The notes beneath the pieces are model-generated. The model was not told where the DNA came from, made no database searches, and saw nothing but the letters and a program-made list of their open reading frames with translations. The translations under genes were made by a program, and so were the position numbers. Shown here in pieces: positions 39,300-50,080 of a stretch of DNA of 64,000 bases; positions within the stretch are counted from its first letter, which is position 1, and each line of letters starts with the position of its first letter. This DNA comes from Bacteroidales bacterium (GTDB taxonomy: Bacteria > Bacteroidota > Bacteroidia > Bacteroidales > UBA10428), in NCBI GenBank assembly GCA_016930375.1, contig JAFGGU010000044.1, positions 2,529 to 66,528 on the forward strand, written 5' to 3'.

Positions 39300-40832
39300 A
39301 TGCAGAAAGGTTTTATTGTCGGTTTTATGAGCGATTTGCTATTGGTAACTGCCTCTTTTGCCTTATGTGTTTGGATAAAGCCGGGAGCCAGTACTTCTTA
39401 TTATACAGGATATTTTCATTCATTTTTGCTCTTTCTTTTCATCTGGATGATTATATCATTCGCGATGGAAAAATACAACTTCAGGGTGGTTAAAACCTGG
39501 CTGATGTTCCTCAAGAAGATCCTAATAGCCAATCTAATCATTTTCTTCATCATGACCAGCATGATGTATCTTTTTCAGAGCTTTAACTATTCACGGTTCA
39601 TCGTACTGGGTACAGTAGGGATTGCCAGTCTGGCAGAGCTTCTTTTGGGATCGTTTTATTTCCTGATTGTCAATACCCGCATCAGGTATGAAAACGGTAT
39701 GCCTGGACAATTCTTTAATGCCAACCGGATCAGGATGAAAGAGAAGACACCGGTATTCCGCATTAAAAAAGCAGTGCCAAGATACAATTTTGAATTGAGG
39801 GAGGAGTACCTGAAAAATGAAATAGGTGAAGCCGCCTTTAATTATGTTATCAATTATGCTGCGATTGATTCACCCAATACCCTGGTCATAGCCACAACAA
39901 CAAGATTCAATATTGACGCACAGATCCAGCGTTCCTTTGATTGTATTGTGAATGTAAAACGGGTAAATGATTTCCGATATATCAATAAGTACTTTGAATC
40001 GGTAAATTCAAAACTACCGGTTGGAGGACTTTTCATTGATCATTTCGAATCCAAGAATATGCGGAAAAGGCGCATTCTTAATAAATTTCCGGCTGGCATC
40101 AATTATTTCTACTATACACTTGATTTCATCATCAAACGGGTTTTCCCAAAGTTTGCGCTGACCAAGAAAATCTATTTCGTCTTGACGCGGGGTGAAAACC
40201 GCGTTCTCTCCAAAGCGGAGGCTTTTGGACGACTCTATTCATGCGGATTTGAAATCATTGACGAAAGGGTAATCGACAAATGCCTGTATTTTGTTGCCAT
40301 TAAGGTCAAGGAGCCCCTGTATCCCAAGAATCCAAGTTATGGTCCGATGATTGCGCTGGAGAGAATCGGGAAAGGCGGCAAGCCTATTAAGGTTTATAAA
40401 ATGCGAACCATGCATCCTTACGCTGAGTACCTTCAGGATTATATTTATGAAAAGACCGGATTACAGGAGGGCGGCAAGTTCAGGGATGACTTCAGGGTAA
40501 CCACACTGGGCAGAATAATGCGTTCTTCCTGGCTGGATGAATTGCCTATGCTGATCAATCTTTTAAAAGGAGACCTGAAATTATTTGGCGTAAGGCCTTT
40601 AAGCCGGCAATACTTTAAATTGTATACACTTGAACTGCAGAAACTGCGGATCCAAAGCAAACCCGGGCTGATCCCGCCATTCTATGTTGATTACCCCAAA
40701 ACCCTGGATGAAATTATAGCTTCTGAACTCAGGTACCTGAAAGCGTTTGAAAAACATCCCTTCCGAACCGACTGGACTTATTTCTGGAAAGCGGTTTTCA
40801 ATATTGTATTCAGGAAGTACAGAAGCAAATAA
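39300..40832 (+). CDS. Polyprenyl-phosphate sugar-phosphate transferase (bacterial sugar transferase family) with an atypical architecture
   Basis: The C-terminal catalytic region is PMIALERIGKGGKPIKVYKMRTM...RVTTLGRIMRSSWLDELPMLINLLKGDLKLFGVRPL. The N-terminus has four hydrophobic segments, followed by a soluble middle region of about 200 aa. Confidence 0.8.
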   Translation: MQKGFIVGFMSDLLLVTASFALCVWIKPGASTSYYTGYFHSFLLFLFIWMIISFAMEKYNFRVVKTWLMFLKKILIANLIIFFIMTSMMYLFQSFNYSRFIVLGTVGIASLAELLLGSFYFLIVNTRIRYENGMPGQFFNANRIRMKEKTPVFRIKKAVPRYNFELREEYLKNEIGEAAFNYVINYAAIDSPNTLVIATTTRFNIDAQIQRSFDCIVNVKRVNDFRYINKYFESVNSKLPVGGLFIDHFESKNMRKRRILNKFPAGINYFYYTLDFIIKRVFPKFALTKKIYFVLTRGENRVLSKAEAFGRLYSCGFEIIDERVIDKCLYFVAIKVKEPLYPKNPSYGPMIALERIGKGGKPIKVYKMRTMHPYAEYLQDYIYEKTGLQEGGKFRDDFRVTTLGRIMRSSWLDELPMLINLLKGDLKLFGVRPLSRQYFKLYTLELQKLRIQSKPGLIPPFYVDYPKTLDEIIASELRYLKAFEKHPFRTDWTYFWKAVFNIVFRKYRSK

Positions 40833-40835
40833 AGA

Positions 40836-41636
40836 TTATTTATTGATATAATTCAACACCAGGATCAACGTTGAAATCGATGTAAATGCCAGTGAAATGG
40901 TAGGCATGTTGATGCGGAAAGTTTTGTTCTTGATCGGTTCAACATAAATGATGTCATTGGGGAGAAGGAAGAATCCATCCGATGTAAGTATATTTCTGCT
41001 TGTCAGATCGAGCCGGAATGACCTTGTACCCTCGGCGGAAGGTCGCAACACCAGCACCCGTTTGCGGTCACCGTAATCGGTTATGTCACCGGCCATGCTT
41101 ACGGCTTCAAGGACAGTCAGCTGGCTGTTAAAATTGTTATATGTGCCGGGACGGTTGACCTCACCGATTACTGAAACTTTGAATGAAATGAGTTTAACAA
41201 TGACAGTTGCATCCTTCAGGAACTGGTCCGCGCGTTTGCGAATGGAAGAAATAGCCTCGTCCATCGTTTTGCCGGCTATCAGAACCTTACCCAGGATGGG
41301 AATTTCAATGTAACCCGAATCACTTACAGTATATCCGTTGATAAATAAGCTTGTTTCATTCTGAAAGAGGTTTTGCTGGTAGGAGCCAATAGTCTGATTT
41401 ACCAGGTTGCTCATATCCTCGTTCAGTGAATAGATCTTGATGTAAAGGATATCGCGGGTTTGGATCAGATATTCAGGACGGCTTTTGGGGTAAAAGCCTT
41501 CTGTGGAAGTAGAATCCACATTTCTTAGATACACAAGTTGCCGGTGCGAAGTGCAGGAAGCAGCTGCAAATGCAACGAAGGCTGCAAATAGCAAAAGGAA
41601 TGTGCCTGATCTGTTTGCGTTGTAGCGGTGTTTCAT
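40836..41636 (-). CDS. Polysaccharide export outer-membrane protein (Wza-like)
   Basis: Lipoprotein-like N-terminus (AAASC), Poly_export motif YLIQTRDILYIKIY...GYIEIPILGKVLIAGKT, and a SLBB-like VSVIGEVNRPGTY. Confidence 0.85.
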   Translation of the reverse strand: MKHRYNANRSGTFLLLFAAFVAFAAASCTSHRQLVYLRNVDSTSTEGFYPKSRPEYLIQTRDILYIKIYSLNEDMSNLVNQTIGSYQQNLFQNETSLFINGYTVSDSGYIEIPILGKVLIAGKTMDEAISSIRKRADQFLKDATVIVKLISFKVSVIGEVNRPGTYNNFNSQLTVLEAVSMAGDITDYGDRKRVLVLRPSAEGTRSFRLDLTSRNILTSDGFFLLPNDIIYVEPIKNKTFRINMPTISLAFTSISTLILVLNYINK

Positions 41637-41648
41637 CAGGTAAAAAAG

Positions 41649-42770
41649 TTAAGCAAGATACTCCTGGTAAACCCTTTTTACTCCGTCTTCCAGGCTTATT
41701 TTTTCCTGCCAGCCAAGTTCGTGGATTTTTTTAACACTGAGTAGTTTCTGAAAAGTACCATCGGGCTTGGAAGTGTCCCACTCAATGACACCATCAAAAC
41801 CGATAATGTCTTTCACCATTATGGCTAATTCCTTAATAGTTAAATCTTTGCCCGTTCCGATATTGATGTGTGTATTCCTGATTTCTATTTTGGAGTCCCG
41901 GGAGGTAATTTTATCCGAGAATTTGTCCTTAACGAGATCCTTGAAATCAACACTTTCCATCACGTAAACACAGGCATCGGCCATGTCATCGGAATGCAGG
42001 AATTCACGACGTGGTACTCCGGATCCCCACAACCTGACAGTTACGGGAGATTCTGCGGAGATATGCCTGAAAATGCCATACTTTTCAAGCTTTTCGCCGA
42101 TTTCAATCGTGGTTGAAGTGCCGTCGACACCTTCAACAGGTCTCTTGTTAAAATCCTTTCGGATGGCCTCCCAGTTATCTTCAATAAGGCATTTGGCGAG
42201 ATGCATCTTACGTATTATGGCTGGTAAAACGTGTGATTTTTCCAGATCGTAATTGTCATTGGTGCCATAAAGATTGGTGGGCATTACCGAGATATAATTG
42301 GTGCCATACTGAATATTATAGCTTTCGCACATTTTTATGCCCGCAATCTTGGCAATGGCATAGGGTTCGTTGGTATATTCAAGCACATCCGTCAGGAGGT
42401 ATTTTTCTTTTAAAGGCTGCGGAGCCTGTTTGGGATAGATACATGAACTGCCTAGGAACAATAGCTTTTTCACACCATTCAGATAACAGGCATGGATAAC
42501 ATTGCACTGTATCATCATGTTTTCATAGATGAACTGTCCCCGGTAAATGTTGTTGGCTACAATACCGCCTACTTTGGCAGCAGCCAGAAATACATATTCC
42601 GGTTTTTCCCTGGCAAAGAATTCATTGGTCGAGCGTTGATCCATCAGATCCAGTTCGGGATAATCACGGGTTATGATATTATGATATCCCTTTTTTGTAA
42701 GGTTTCGCAAAAGCGCACTGCCGACAAGTCCGGTATGGCCCGCAAGATAAATTTTGCTGTCTTTTTTCAT
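41649..42770 (-). CDS. fcl: GDP-L-fucose synthase
   Basis: Contains IYLAGHTGLVGSAL, AAKVGGI, SSCIYP, YAIAK and WGSG.PRREFLHSDD. It lies directly downstream of gmd. Confidence 0.9.
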   Translation of the reverse strand: MKKDSKIYLAGHTGLVGSALLRNLTKKGYHNIITRDYPELDLMDQRSTNEFFAREKPEYVFLAAAKVGGIVANNIYRGQFIYENMMIQCNVIHACYLNGVKKLLFLGSSCIYPKQAPQPLKEKYLLTDVLEYTNEPYAIAKIAGIKMCESYNIQYGTNYISVMPTNLYGTNDNYDLEKSHVLPAIIRKMHLAKCLIEDNWEAIRKDFNKRPVEGVDGTSTTIEIGEKLEKYGIFRHISAESPVTVRLWGSGVPRREFLHSDDMADACVYVMESVDFKDLVKDKFSDKITSRDSKIEIRNTHINIGTGKDLTIKELAIMVKDIIGFDGVIEWDTSKPDGTFQKLLSVKKIHELGWQEKISLEDGVKRVYQEYLA

Positions 42771-42788
42771 AACTTATGAAAAACAAAA

Positions 42789-43910
42789 TTATTCAAAATA
42801 ATTTAATGTCTGATAACCCCCATTCTTCAGGAATACTTCCTTGTGCATAAGTTTAATATCACTTTGCATCATATCCCTGACCAGGCCTTTCAAGTCGTAT
42901 TCTGGGATCCAATTCAGCTTTGTTCTTGCTTTCGTTGGATCGCCAATCAACAGGTCCACTTCGGTTGGTCTGAAATAGCGCGGATCAACGGCCAATATTT
43001 CTTTACCACTGGCAATTTTGTATCTGTTATCAGCACAGGATTTTATAAACCCTTTTTCATCAGCTCCTGATCCGCGGAATTCAATTTCAATGCCTACTTC
43101 GCCAAAGGCCATTCTGACAAATTCACGTATTTCGGTAGTTATACCAGTAGCAATAACAAAATCTTCGGGTTGATCCTGTTGCAAAATAAGGTACATCGCC
43201 CTGATATAGTCTTTGGCATGACCCCAGTCACGTTTTGATGAAAGGTTTCCAAGATAGAGTTTGTCCTGTAAACCAAGCGCAATACGCGTAACAGCCCGGG
43301 TTATTTTGCGGGTGACAAAGGTTTCACCCCGAATGGGAGATTCATGATTGAAAAGTATACCATTGCAGGCGAACATATTATAAGCTTCACGGTAATTCAC
43401 CGTTATCCAGTAAGCATATAGTTTAGCCACGGCATAGGGACTGCGCGGATAAAAGGGAGTATTTTCCGATTGTGGAATTTGTTGTACCAGACCGTAAAGT
43501 TCACTGGTGGAAGCCTGGTAGAATCGGGTTTTATTCACAAGTCCCAGAATACGGATCGCTTCAAGCATTCTTAATGCTCCAATTCCATCAGCATTAGCAG
43601 TATATTCAGGAGTATCAAAACTAACTTTCACATGGCTCATGGCCGCTAAATTATACACTTCATCGGGCTGTGTTTCCTGTATGATTCGTATAAGGTTGGT
43701 AGAGTCAGTCAGATCGCTGTAGTGGAGGACAAAATTTCGGTTTTCTACGTGCGGATCAAGGTATAAATGATCAATTCTTTCTGTGTTGAAAAGGGAACTT
43801 CTTCTTTTGGTACCATGAACAACATAACCCTTTTTTAGCAGGAATTCAGCAAGATATGCGCCATCCTGTCCGGTTATTCCAGTAATTAACGCTACTTTTT
43901 GTCTGTTCAT
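42789..43910 (-). CDS. gmd: GDP-mannose 4,6-dehydratase
   Basis: Contains [58 protein letters not shown] and [16 protein letters not shown]. Confidence 0.95.
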   Translation of the reverse strand: MNRQKVALITGITGQDGAYLAEFLLKKGYVVHGTKRRSSLFNTERIDHLYLDPHVENRNFVLHYSDLTDSTNLIRIIQETQPDEVYNLAAMSHVKVSFDTPEYTANADGIGALRMLEAIRILGLVNKTRFYQASTSELYGLVQQIPQSENTPFYPRSPYAVAKLYAYWITVNYREAYNMFACNGILFNHESPIRGETFVTRKITRAVTRIALGLQDKLYLGNLSSKRDWGHAKDYIRAMYLILQQDQPEDFVIATGITTEIREFVRMAFGEVGIEIEFRGSGADEKGFIKSCADNRYKIASGKEILAVDPRYFRPTEVDLLIGDPTKARTKLNWIPEYDLKGLVRDMMQSDIKLMHKEVFLKNGGYQTLNYFE

Positions 43911-43936
43911 AAGCTTTAAAATTTACATTTGGGAAG

Positions 43937-44890
43937 TTACTTAATATTCTTACATAATTTGTGGTATTCCCCTTTTAAACCAATCGGTGTGGCATTCCTG
44001 ATCTGGAAAACGATCTCAACGGAAGGACGTGCATCCTGCAATCCAAATCCCCTTCCGGCCAGTATTTCTTCATAGCTTTTGGTATGTAAATCGGCAAATC
44101 CTTCGCTGAATTCAATCTCAGTCTTATCCATGACGATGGAACGGTAGGTTCGTGAACCTTTTTCTCTGACGGACTCCGGCAGATCATTGGCATCCAGGCT
44201 AAGGAACCATCTGACACGTGCCTTCTCGAGCTCAAGGTAACCGGATGCTTTATCCGTATGAAGCACATTAACCACGTTTTTCTTTACAGCGCCAAAAATC
44301 CAGGTCAGCATATCAAAAAAATGAATCCCAATGTTGGTGGCAATACCACCTGATTTTTGGATGTTGCCTTTCCAGGATGTGTAATACCAGTTTCCCCGGC
44401 TGGTAACATAAGTAAGATCAAGATCATGAACTACGTTGGCAGGAGCTGAATCCAATTTCTTCTTCAGATCAATCAAAACGGGATGCAAGCGCAATTGCAG
44501 GATCGTATTGATGCTTTTGTTATAATCTTTTTCAATTTCATCCAGGGCATCAATATTCCAGGGATTCAGCACAAGAGGTTTCTCACAGATTGCATTGGCT
44601 CCTGAACGGAGGGCAAAGCGGATATGAGAATCATGCAGGTAGTTAGGGGAACAGATGCTGACATAATCAAGCTGGATTCCCGAGCGTCGCAATTTATCAA
44701 CATGCCTGTCGAATCTTTCAAATTCAACAAAAAAATGACTATCGGGGAAATAGCTGTCGATTATTCCTACACTGTCCGCCGGATCGAGTGTTGCCAACAG
44801 GATATTCTGGGTGTCCTTAATGGCTTTTAGATGTCTTACGGCGATATATCCGCCAACTCCGATAATGGCAAACTTCTTCTGGCTGGTCAT
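43937..44890 (-). CDS. Gfo/Idh/MocA-family NAD-dependent oxidoreductase (WbpB-like sugar-nucleotide 3-dehydrogenase candidate)
   Basis: N-terminal Rossmann motif FAIIGVGGYIAVRHL and the EKP motif (AICEKPL). It sits next to a UDP-sugar dehydrogenase. Confidence 0.8.
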   Translation of the reverse strand: MTSQKKFAIIGVGGYIAVRHLKAIKDTQNILLATLDPADSVGIIDSYFPDSHFFVEFERFDRHVDKLRRSGIQLDYVSICSPNYLHDSHIRFALRSGANAICEKPLVLNPWNIDALDEIEKDYNKSINTILQLRLHPVLIDLKKKLDSAPANVVHDLDLTYVTSRGNWYYTSWKGNIQKSGGIATNIGIHFFDMLTWIFGAVKKNVVNVLHTDKASGYLELEKARVRWFLSLDANDLPESVREKGSRTYRSIVMDKTEIEFSEGFADLHTKSYEEILAGRGFGLQDARPSVEIVFQIRNATPIGLKGEYHKLCKNIK

Positions 44891-44905
44891 TTTGGAATTT
44901 CCGGT

Positions 44906-46201
44906 TTATAAACTTATATAGGTAAGATTTTTGATCTTTTTACGGTAAATGCCCTTCACATCCATTACTAAACCTTTTTCAGTCAAATGCGACCTGAAAT
45001 AGTCTTCTGACAGGTCGGAATAATCCTTGTGCGCAACAGCAACCACAATGGCTGCATAATCGTTGCCCGGCTTTTTGCATAGAGAAAAACCATATTCCTT
45101 ATTCAGTTCTTCTGATGATGCATAAGGGTCAATGATGTCTACAGTTACGCCATAAGATTTCAGTTCATTCACGACGTCGGCTACTTTGGAATTCCTGATA
45201 TCACTTACGTTTTCCTTAAAAGTGGCACCCAGAACCAATACTTTGGAGTGGAGAACGTTTTTACCGGCCTTGATGATTTTTTTAACCACTTCGGTGGCGA
45301 TGTATTTTCCCATGCCATCATTAACCGCGCGTCCGGAATTGATTACCTGGGCAGCATGACCAAGTTCAGCCGCTTTAAAGGTCAGGTAGTAGGGATCAAC
45401 ACCTATACAATGCCCGCCAACCAGTCCGGGAAAAAACTTCAGGAAATTCCATTTGGTGCCGGCGGCCTCAAGCACTTCAAAAGTATTTATGTTCATTTTA
45501 TTAAAGATCATGGAAAGTTCATTCATGAGGGCAATGTTAACATCGCGTTGGGTATTCTCAATGATCTTGGCAGCTTCGGCGACTTTAATCGATGAAGCCT
45601 TGAAAACTCCGGCTTTTACTACGAGAGCATATACTTTGGCTACTTCATCAAGTGCTTCTTCATCGCAGGCTGATACTATTTTTGTGATGGATGTGATTGT
45701 ATGTTCTTTATCTCCGGGGTTTATTCTTTCAGGAGAATAGCCCAGCTTGAAATCAACACCACATTTAAGTCCGGACAGATCTTCAAGAATTGTTCGGCAT
45801 TCTTCATCAGTGGTACCGGGATAAACTGTGGATTCATATACCACATAATCTCCTTTTTTCAGAATCGAACCAACTGTTCTTGTAGCGGAAAGCAACGGGG
45901 TAAGATCAGGCAGGTTATGTTTGTCGATGGGAGTAGGTACGGCAACAATATGAAATGCAGCCTTTTTCAAAACATTTTTGTCCGTAGTGAATTGAATATC
46001 GGTATTTTGAAAGACCTCAGGTTCCAGTTCATCACTTGGGTCAACGCCCCTTTTCATCATTTCGATGCGGGAGGAATTTATATCAAATCCGATTACCTTT
46101 ATTTTCCGGGCAAAAGCCAGGGCAATCGGTAACCCGACATAGCCAAGGCCCACCAGAGAAAGGCTGGCTTCTTTTTTGAGTAGCTTTTCATAGATATGCA
46201 T
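44906..46201 (-). CDS. UDP-N-acetyl-D-hexosamine 6-dehydrogenase family (nucleotide-sugar dehydrogenase, WbpA/Cap5O/TviB-like)
   Basis: Contains LVGLGYVGLPIAL, ESTVYPGTT, GYSPERINPGD, GLVGGHCIGVDP and VLGATFKEN..D.RNS. Confidence 0.88.
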   Translation of the reverse strand: MHIYEKLLKKEASLSLVGLGYVGLPIALAFARKIKVIGFDINSSRIEMMKRGVDPSDELEPEVFQNTDIQFTTDKNVLKKAAFHIVAVPTPIDKHNLPDLTPLLSATRTVGSILKKGDYVVYESTVYPGTTDEECRTILEDLSGLKCGVDFKLGYSPERINPGDKEHTITSITKIVSACDEEALDEVAKVYALVVKAGVFKASSIKVAEAAKIIENTQRDVNIALMNELSMIFNKMNINTFEVLEAAGTKWNFLKFFPGLVGGHCIGVDPYYLTFKAAELGHAAQVINSGRAVNDGMGKYIATEVVKKIIKAGKNVLHSKVLVLGATFKENVSDIRNSKVADVVNELKSYGVTVDIIDPYASSEELNKEYGFSLCKKPGNDYAAIVVAVAHKDYSDLSEDYFRSHLTEKGLVMDVKGIYRKKIKNLTYISL

Positions 46202-46267
46202 AAAACTGGAATTTTATTGGTTTATAAATGGATTCTGGCATAAGCAGATCAGAATGGGGTGGCAGGG

Positions 46268-47518
46268 TTATATTCCGAATTCCTTTTTGATCTTATCTAC
46301 AAAATCGAGTTTTTCCCAGCTAAAAAATTCAACTTCCTTGTTTACTGTAGTGCCGTTGGTCAAAAGGGTCACCTTTTGGGTATAAGGTTTTCGGCCCATA
46401 TGCCCGTATGCAGCAGTGGGCAGAAAAATCGGATTTTTTAGTCCAAATCTTTTAATGATAACTGCTGGCCTCAAATCAAAAAGTGAAGATAATCTTTGTG
46501 CTATTTCACCATCATCCATTTTCACTTTGGCAGTTCCGAAAGTGTTAACGTAAAGCCCCACTGGCTTTGCCACGCCAATGGCATAAGCAACCTGCACCAA
46601 AGCCTCATCGGCGATACCTGCAGCCACCATGTTTTTTGCAATATGGCGCATGGCGTATGCTGCCGAACGGTCAACTTTGGAACTGTCTTTTCCGGAAAAG
46701 GCTCCGCCGCCATGAGCTCCTTTGCCACCATAGGTGTCAACAATTATTTTGCGACCCGTCAAACCGGTATCCCCATGCGGTCCACCAATGACAAATTTTC
46801 CTGTAGGATTCACATACAGGAGATAATCATTTTTAAACAGGACTTTTACCCTTTCCGGCAGTTTGGAGAGAACGCGCGGAATGAGGATTGACCTTACATC
46901 GGCTTCTATGGCTTTTAACATTACTGAATCTTCGCCAAAATTATCATGCTGCGTTGAAACTACCAGTGTATGTATCCGAAGTGGCTTAGCGTCATCGCCA
47001 TATTCAACAGTTACCTGAGATTTGGCGTCGGGTCGTAAATATTTCATGAATTTGCCTTCCCACCTGATTTCCGACAGTTCCTTGAGCAGCATATGGGAAA
47101 GTTCAAGCGAAAGGGGCATGTAATTATCGGTTTCAAGGCAGGCATAACCAAACATCATTCCCTGGTCCCCGGCACCCTGATCCTCCTCATTGCCTCTCTC
47201 AACGCCACGGTTAATATCCTGGGATTGTTCATGAATGGATGAAATTACTCCACAGGAATCCGCTTCAAACATATAGTCGGAGTGAACGTAGCCTATTTTC
47301 TTGATCACATCCCTGGCTACTTGCTGGACATCAACATAGGCATTGGTTTTCACTTCACCGCTCAGTACAACCAAACCGGTAGTTACCAAAGTCTCGCAGG
47401 CTACTTTGGATTCAGGATCACGCCTGAGGAATTCATCCAGTAACGCATCAGATATTTGGTCGGCAACCTTATCGGGATGTCCTTCTGAAACTGATTCGGA
47501 AGTAAATAAATAAGCCAT
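46268..47518 (-). CDS. metK: S-adenosylmethionine synthase
   Basis: Begins [18 protein letters not shown] and contains [33 protein letters not shown] and GGGAFSGKD. The ATG at 47518 is preferred to the ORF-track start at 47554. Confidence 0.95.
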   Translation of the reverse strand: MAYLFTSESVSEGHPDKVADQISDALLDEFLRRDPESKVACETLVTTGLVVLSGEVKTNAYVDVQQVARDVIKKIGYVHSDYMFEADSCGVISSIHEQSQDINRGVERGNEEDQGAGDQGMMFGYACLETDNYMPLSLELSHMLLKELSEIRWEGKFMKYLRPDAKSQVTVEYGDDAKPLRIHTLVVSTQHDNFGEDSVMLKAIEADVRSILIPRVLSKLPERVKVLFKNDYLLYVNPTGKFVIGGPHGDTGLTGRKIIVDTYGGKGAHGGGAFSGKDSSKVDRSAAYAMRHIAKNMVAAGIADEALVQVAYAIGVAKPVGLYVNTFGTAKVKMDDGEIAQRLSSLFDLRPAVIIKRFGLKNPIFLPTAAYGHMGRKPYTQKVTLLTNGTTVNKEVEFFSWEKLDFVDKIKKEFGI

Positions 47519-47551
47519 ATGAATAAATTGATTTGAAGTTAATACACGGCG

Positions 47552-47559
47552 CAAAGATA
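47552..47559 (-). promoter_or_regulatory. Candidate -7 box (TATCTTTG) for metK
   Basis: The minus strand reads TATCTTTGCG, 34 nt upstream of the ATG at 47518. Confidence 0.35.
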
Positions 47560-47615
47560 AAAAGAGAAATCATATGCCGGTAAATTGAAGGGAATTAGTT
47601 GATAAATATACGCTT

Positions 47616-48527
47616 TTACGAGGTGAGTTCCCTGAAAACGTCTTCCAGCTTCCGGTCTTTCTTGTGAAGGGAAAGAATGACAAGGTTGTTTTTCACGGCC
47701 AGTTTAAAAAGTTCTTCCCGTATATCATGGCTTCCGGTGGTTTCAATAAGCCATGTACCGGATTTCAGCTTCCTGATCTCATCGATGGAAGTCAGTTCCC
47801 GGAGTATCTCGGAGTTGATTTCTTCACTGAATTCCACAATGATTGTATGTGTTTTTTTCCCGGAATGTTGTCCAATGTTCCCGGTAAGATCATTGGCAAT
47901 AATCTGACCCTGGTTGATAATGATCACTCGCTGGCAGATTGCTTCCACTTCCTGCATGATGTGGGTCGACAGTATGACTGTTTTCTGCCTGCCCAAATCA
48001 GAGATCAGGTTTCTTATCTCCAGGATCTGATTAGGGTCAAGACCTGTGGTGGGTTCATCCAGGATCAGGATTTCCGGGTTATGGATAATGGACTGTGCAA
48101 GGCCAACCCGTTGACGATATCCCTTGGAGAGAACCCCTATCCTTTTATGCATTTCCGGTTCCAAACCGGTTAACCTGATAACCTCCCGCACCCTGTCATC
48201 GCTTTCTTTGCCCAGGTTGTAAAGTCCTGAAACAAAAAGCAGGAATTCTCTTACATACATATCGGTATACAAGGGATTATTCTCGGGCAGATACCCCAGG
48301 AGCCTTCTTATATCATCGGAATCACCGGATATCCTGGCACCGTTCAGTTTTACCTCTCCTGATGTTGGAGCAAGCAAGGCACAGATTATTTTCATCAGGG
48401 TGGATTTTCCTGCGCCATTGGGACCGATTAGCCCGACAATTTCACCTGAATTGACAGTAAAGCTCACATCATGCAGGGCTTGCTGACTTCCAAATATTTT
48501 ACTGACATGCTCAACAGAAATTGACAT
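47616..48527 (-). CDS. gldA: ABC transporter ATP-binding protein, probable gliding-motility subunit GldA
   Basis: Walker A GPNGAGKST, signature LSKGYRQR, and Walker B ILILDEP. The approximately 300-aa length and the N-terminus MSISVEHVSKIFG resemble GldA. The ABC ATPase call is secure, but the GldA identity is an inference. Confidence 0.6.
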   Translation of the reverse strand: MSISVEHVSKIFGSQQALHDVSFTVNSGEIVGLIGPNGAGKSTLMKIICALLAPTSGEVKLNGARISGDSDDIRRLLGYLPENNPLYTDMYVREFLLFVSGLYNLGKESDDRVREVIRLTGLEPEMHKRIGVLSKGYRQRVGLAQSIIHNPEILILDEPTTGLDPNQILEIRNLISDLGRQKTVILSTHIMQEVEAICQRVIIINQGQIIANDLTGNIGQHSGKKTHTIIVEFSEEINSEILRELTSIDEIRKLKSGTWLIETTGSHDIREELFKLAVKNNLVILSLHKKDRKLEDVFRELTS

Positions 48528-48546
48528 AGAAAATAACATTATGTGT

Positions 48547-48554
48547 CAAATATA
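48547..48554 (-). promoter_or_regulatory. Candidate -7 box (TATATTTG) for the gldA-like gene
   Basis: The minus strand reads TATATTTG, 20 nt upstream of the ATG at 48527. This favours that start over 48539. Confidence 0.3.
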
Positions 48555-48630
48555 AAGCATAAGTTTTATTGATTGCAGAAGTCCGATAGCAGTTTTCAAA
48601 TTAAATTGTCTTAAAACTGCCTTAAAATGC

Positions 48631-48638
48631 TATTTTTG
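48631..48638 (+). promoter_or_regulatory. Candidate -7 box (TATTTTTG) for the asnS-rpoN operon
   Basis: Exact TAnnTTTG match, 29 nt upstream of the ATG at 48667. Confidence 0.35.
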
Positions 48639-48666
48639 CAGGTTACAAATATATTGATTTCACTTT

Positions 48667-50046
48667 ATGAGAATTAAAGAACTGCTTTCTTCCAGGGAAT
48701 ATGGTAGTGAAGTAACGGTAAAAGGATGGGTCAGAACCCGGCGAGGCAACAAAAACATAACATTTGTCGCTTTGAACGATGGCTCTATCATTCATAATAT
48801 CCAGGTAGTCATTGATATGAGCAGGTTTGATGAGGACCTTATTAAACTGATCACAACTGGATCCTGCATTGCTGTTACGGGAAAACTTACTGAATCACCG
48901 GGGAAAGAGCAGCATGTTGAAATTCACGCTGATTCAATAAAACTCTATGGTACTGCAGATCCCGAAGTATATCCCCTTCAGAAAAAGGGCCATACACTTG
49001 AATTCCTTCGCGAGATCGCCCATTTGAGGCCCAGAACCAATACATTTGGCGCAGTATTGCGCATCAGGCATGCCATGTCTTTTGCCGTTCATAAATATTT
49101 CAATGATCATGGGTTCTTTTACCTGCATACTCCGATCATTACAGGTTCTGATGCCGAAGGTGCCGGGGAGATGTTTCGGGTGACCATACTCGATCCCAAA
49201 AATCCTCCTTTGCTGGAGGACGGATCGGTCAATTTTGCTGAGGATTTTTTCGGACGCGAGACCAATCTTACGGTGTCCGGACAACTTGAGGGTGAGTTGG
49301 GAGCACTGGCCCTTTCCAGCATTTATACATTCGGCCCCACTTTCAGGGCAGAAAATTCCAATACACCCAGGCATCTCGCCGAATTCTGGATGATTGAGCC
49401 TGAAATGGCCTTTTATGAGATCGAAGACAATATGAACCTGGCAGAGGACTTTTTGAAGTATCTCATCAGGTATGCCCTTGAAAATTGCAGCGCTGACCTT
49501 GAATTTCTTTCGGGTATGTATGATAAGGAACTGATAGACAGGCTCAATTTCGTTGTCAACAATCAATTCGAAAGGATCACCTATACCAGGGCAGTTGATA
49601 TCCTTCAGCAGTCTGCTGAGAAATTCGAATTTCCTGTTTCGTGGGGAGTTGATTTACAAACTGAACATGAGCGATACCTGGTAGAGCGGCATTTCAAAAA
49701 GCCGGTGATTGTAACCGATTACCCTAAGGAAATCAAGGCTTTTTATATGAAGCTGAATGACGATGGGAAAACTGTGCGTGGCATGGATGTGCTATTTCCA
49801 AAAATTGGCGAAATAATTGGCGGATCGCAACGTGAAGAGGAGCTGGAAAAACTTGAAGGACGGATTAAAGCGCTAAAACTGCCCGAGAAAGAACTTGGGT
49901 GGTATCTCGATACCAGAAAATTCGGCACAGCACCCCACAGCGGATTTGGATTGGGTTTTGAAAGATTGCTGCTTTTTGTGACGGGTATGGCCAATATCCG
50001 GGATGTGATTCCATTTCCGCGTTTTCCCAAGAATGCCGATTTCTGA
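48667..50046 (+). CDS. asnS: Asparagine--tRNA ligase
   Basis: OB-fold N-terminus ([11 protein letters not shown]). Class II motifs: [18 protein letters not shown] and GGSQRE. C-terminus: GFGLGFERL. Confidence 0.95.
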   Translation: MRIKELLSSREYGSEVTVKGWVRTRRGNKNITFVALNDGSIIHNIQVVIDMSRFDEDLIKLITTGSCIAVTGKLTESPGKEQHVEIHADSIKLYGTADPEVYPLQKKGHTLEFLREIAHLRPRTNTFGAVLRIRHAMSFAVHKYFNDHGFFYLHTPIITGSDAEGAGEMFRVTILDPKNPPLLEDGSVNFAEDFFGRETNLTVSGQLEGELGALALSSIYTFGPTFRAENSNTPRHLAEFWMIEPEMAFYEIEDNMNLAEDFLKYLIRYALENCSADLEFLSGMYDKELIDRLNFVVNNQFERITYTRAVDILQQSAEKFEFPVSWGVDLQTEHERYLVERHFKKPVIVTDYPKEIKAFYMKLNDDGKTVRGMDVLFPKIGEIIGGSQREEELEKLEGRIKALKLPEKELGWYLDTRKFGTAPHSGFGLGFERLLLFVTGMANIRDVIPFPRFPKNADF

Positions 50047-50080
50047 AAATATCCAATCGTAATAAATAGGATGAACCCCC

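Noticed and set aside
41649-42770. GDP-fucose synthase is about 50 aa longer than the E. coli enzyme, considered as a possible novel insertion
   Set aside because: As far as I recall, Bacteroidota Fcl proteins commonly carry an insertion of about this size at this position. All catalytic motifs are intact.
47519-47615. Possible SAM riboswitch upstream of metK
   Set aside because: Only 97 nt separate metK from the gldA-like stop. I see none of the conserved SAM-I/SAM-II core segments or the required helices. A simple promoter box fits better. An Rfam scan would settle it.
48934-49566. 210-aa ORF antisense to asnS. Similar long antisense ORFs occur at 13491-14066, 22187-22651, 25850-26338, 29263-29769, 45701-46132, 47664-48173 and 62757-63242.
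   Set aside because: Each lies entirely inside a CDS with strong family motifs on the opposite strand. Their translations are low-complexity or motif-free. They are most simply explained as stop-poor antisense frames.
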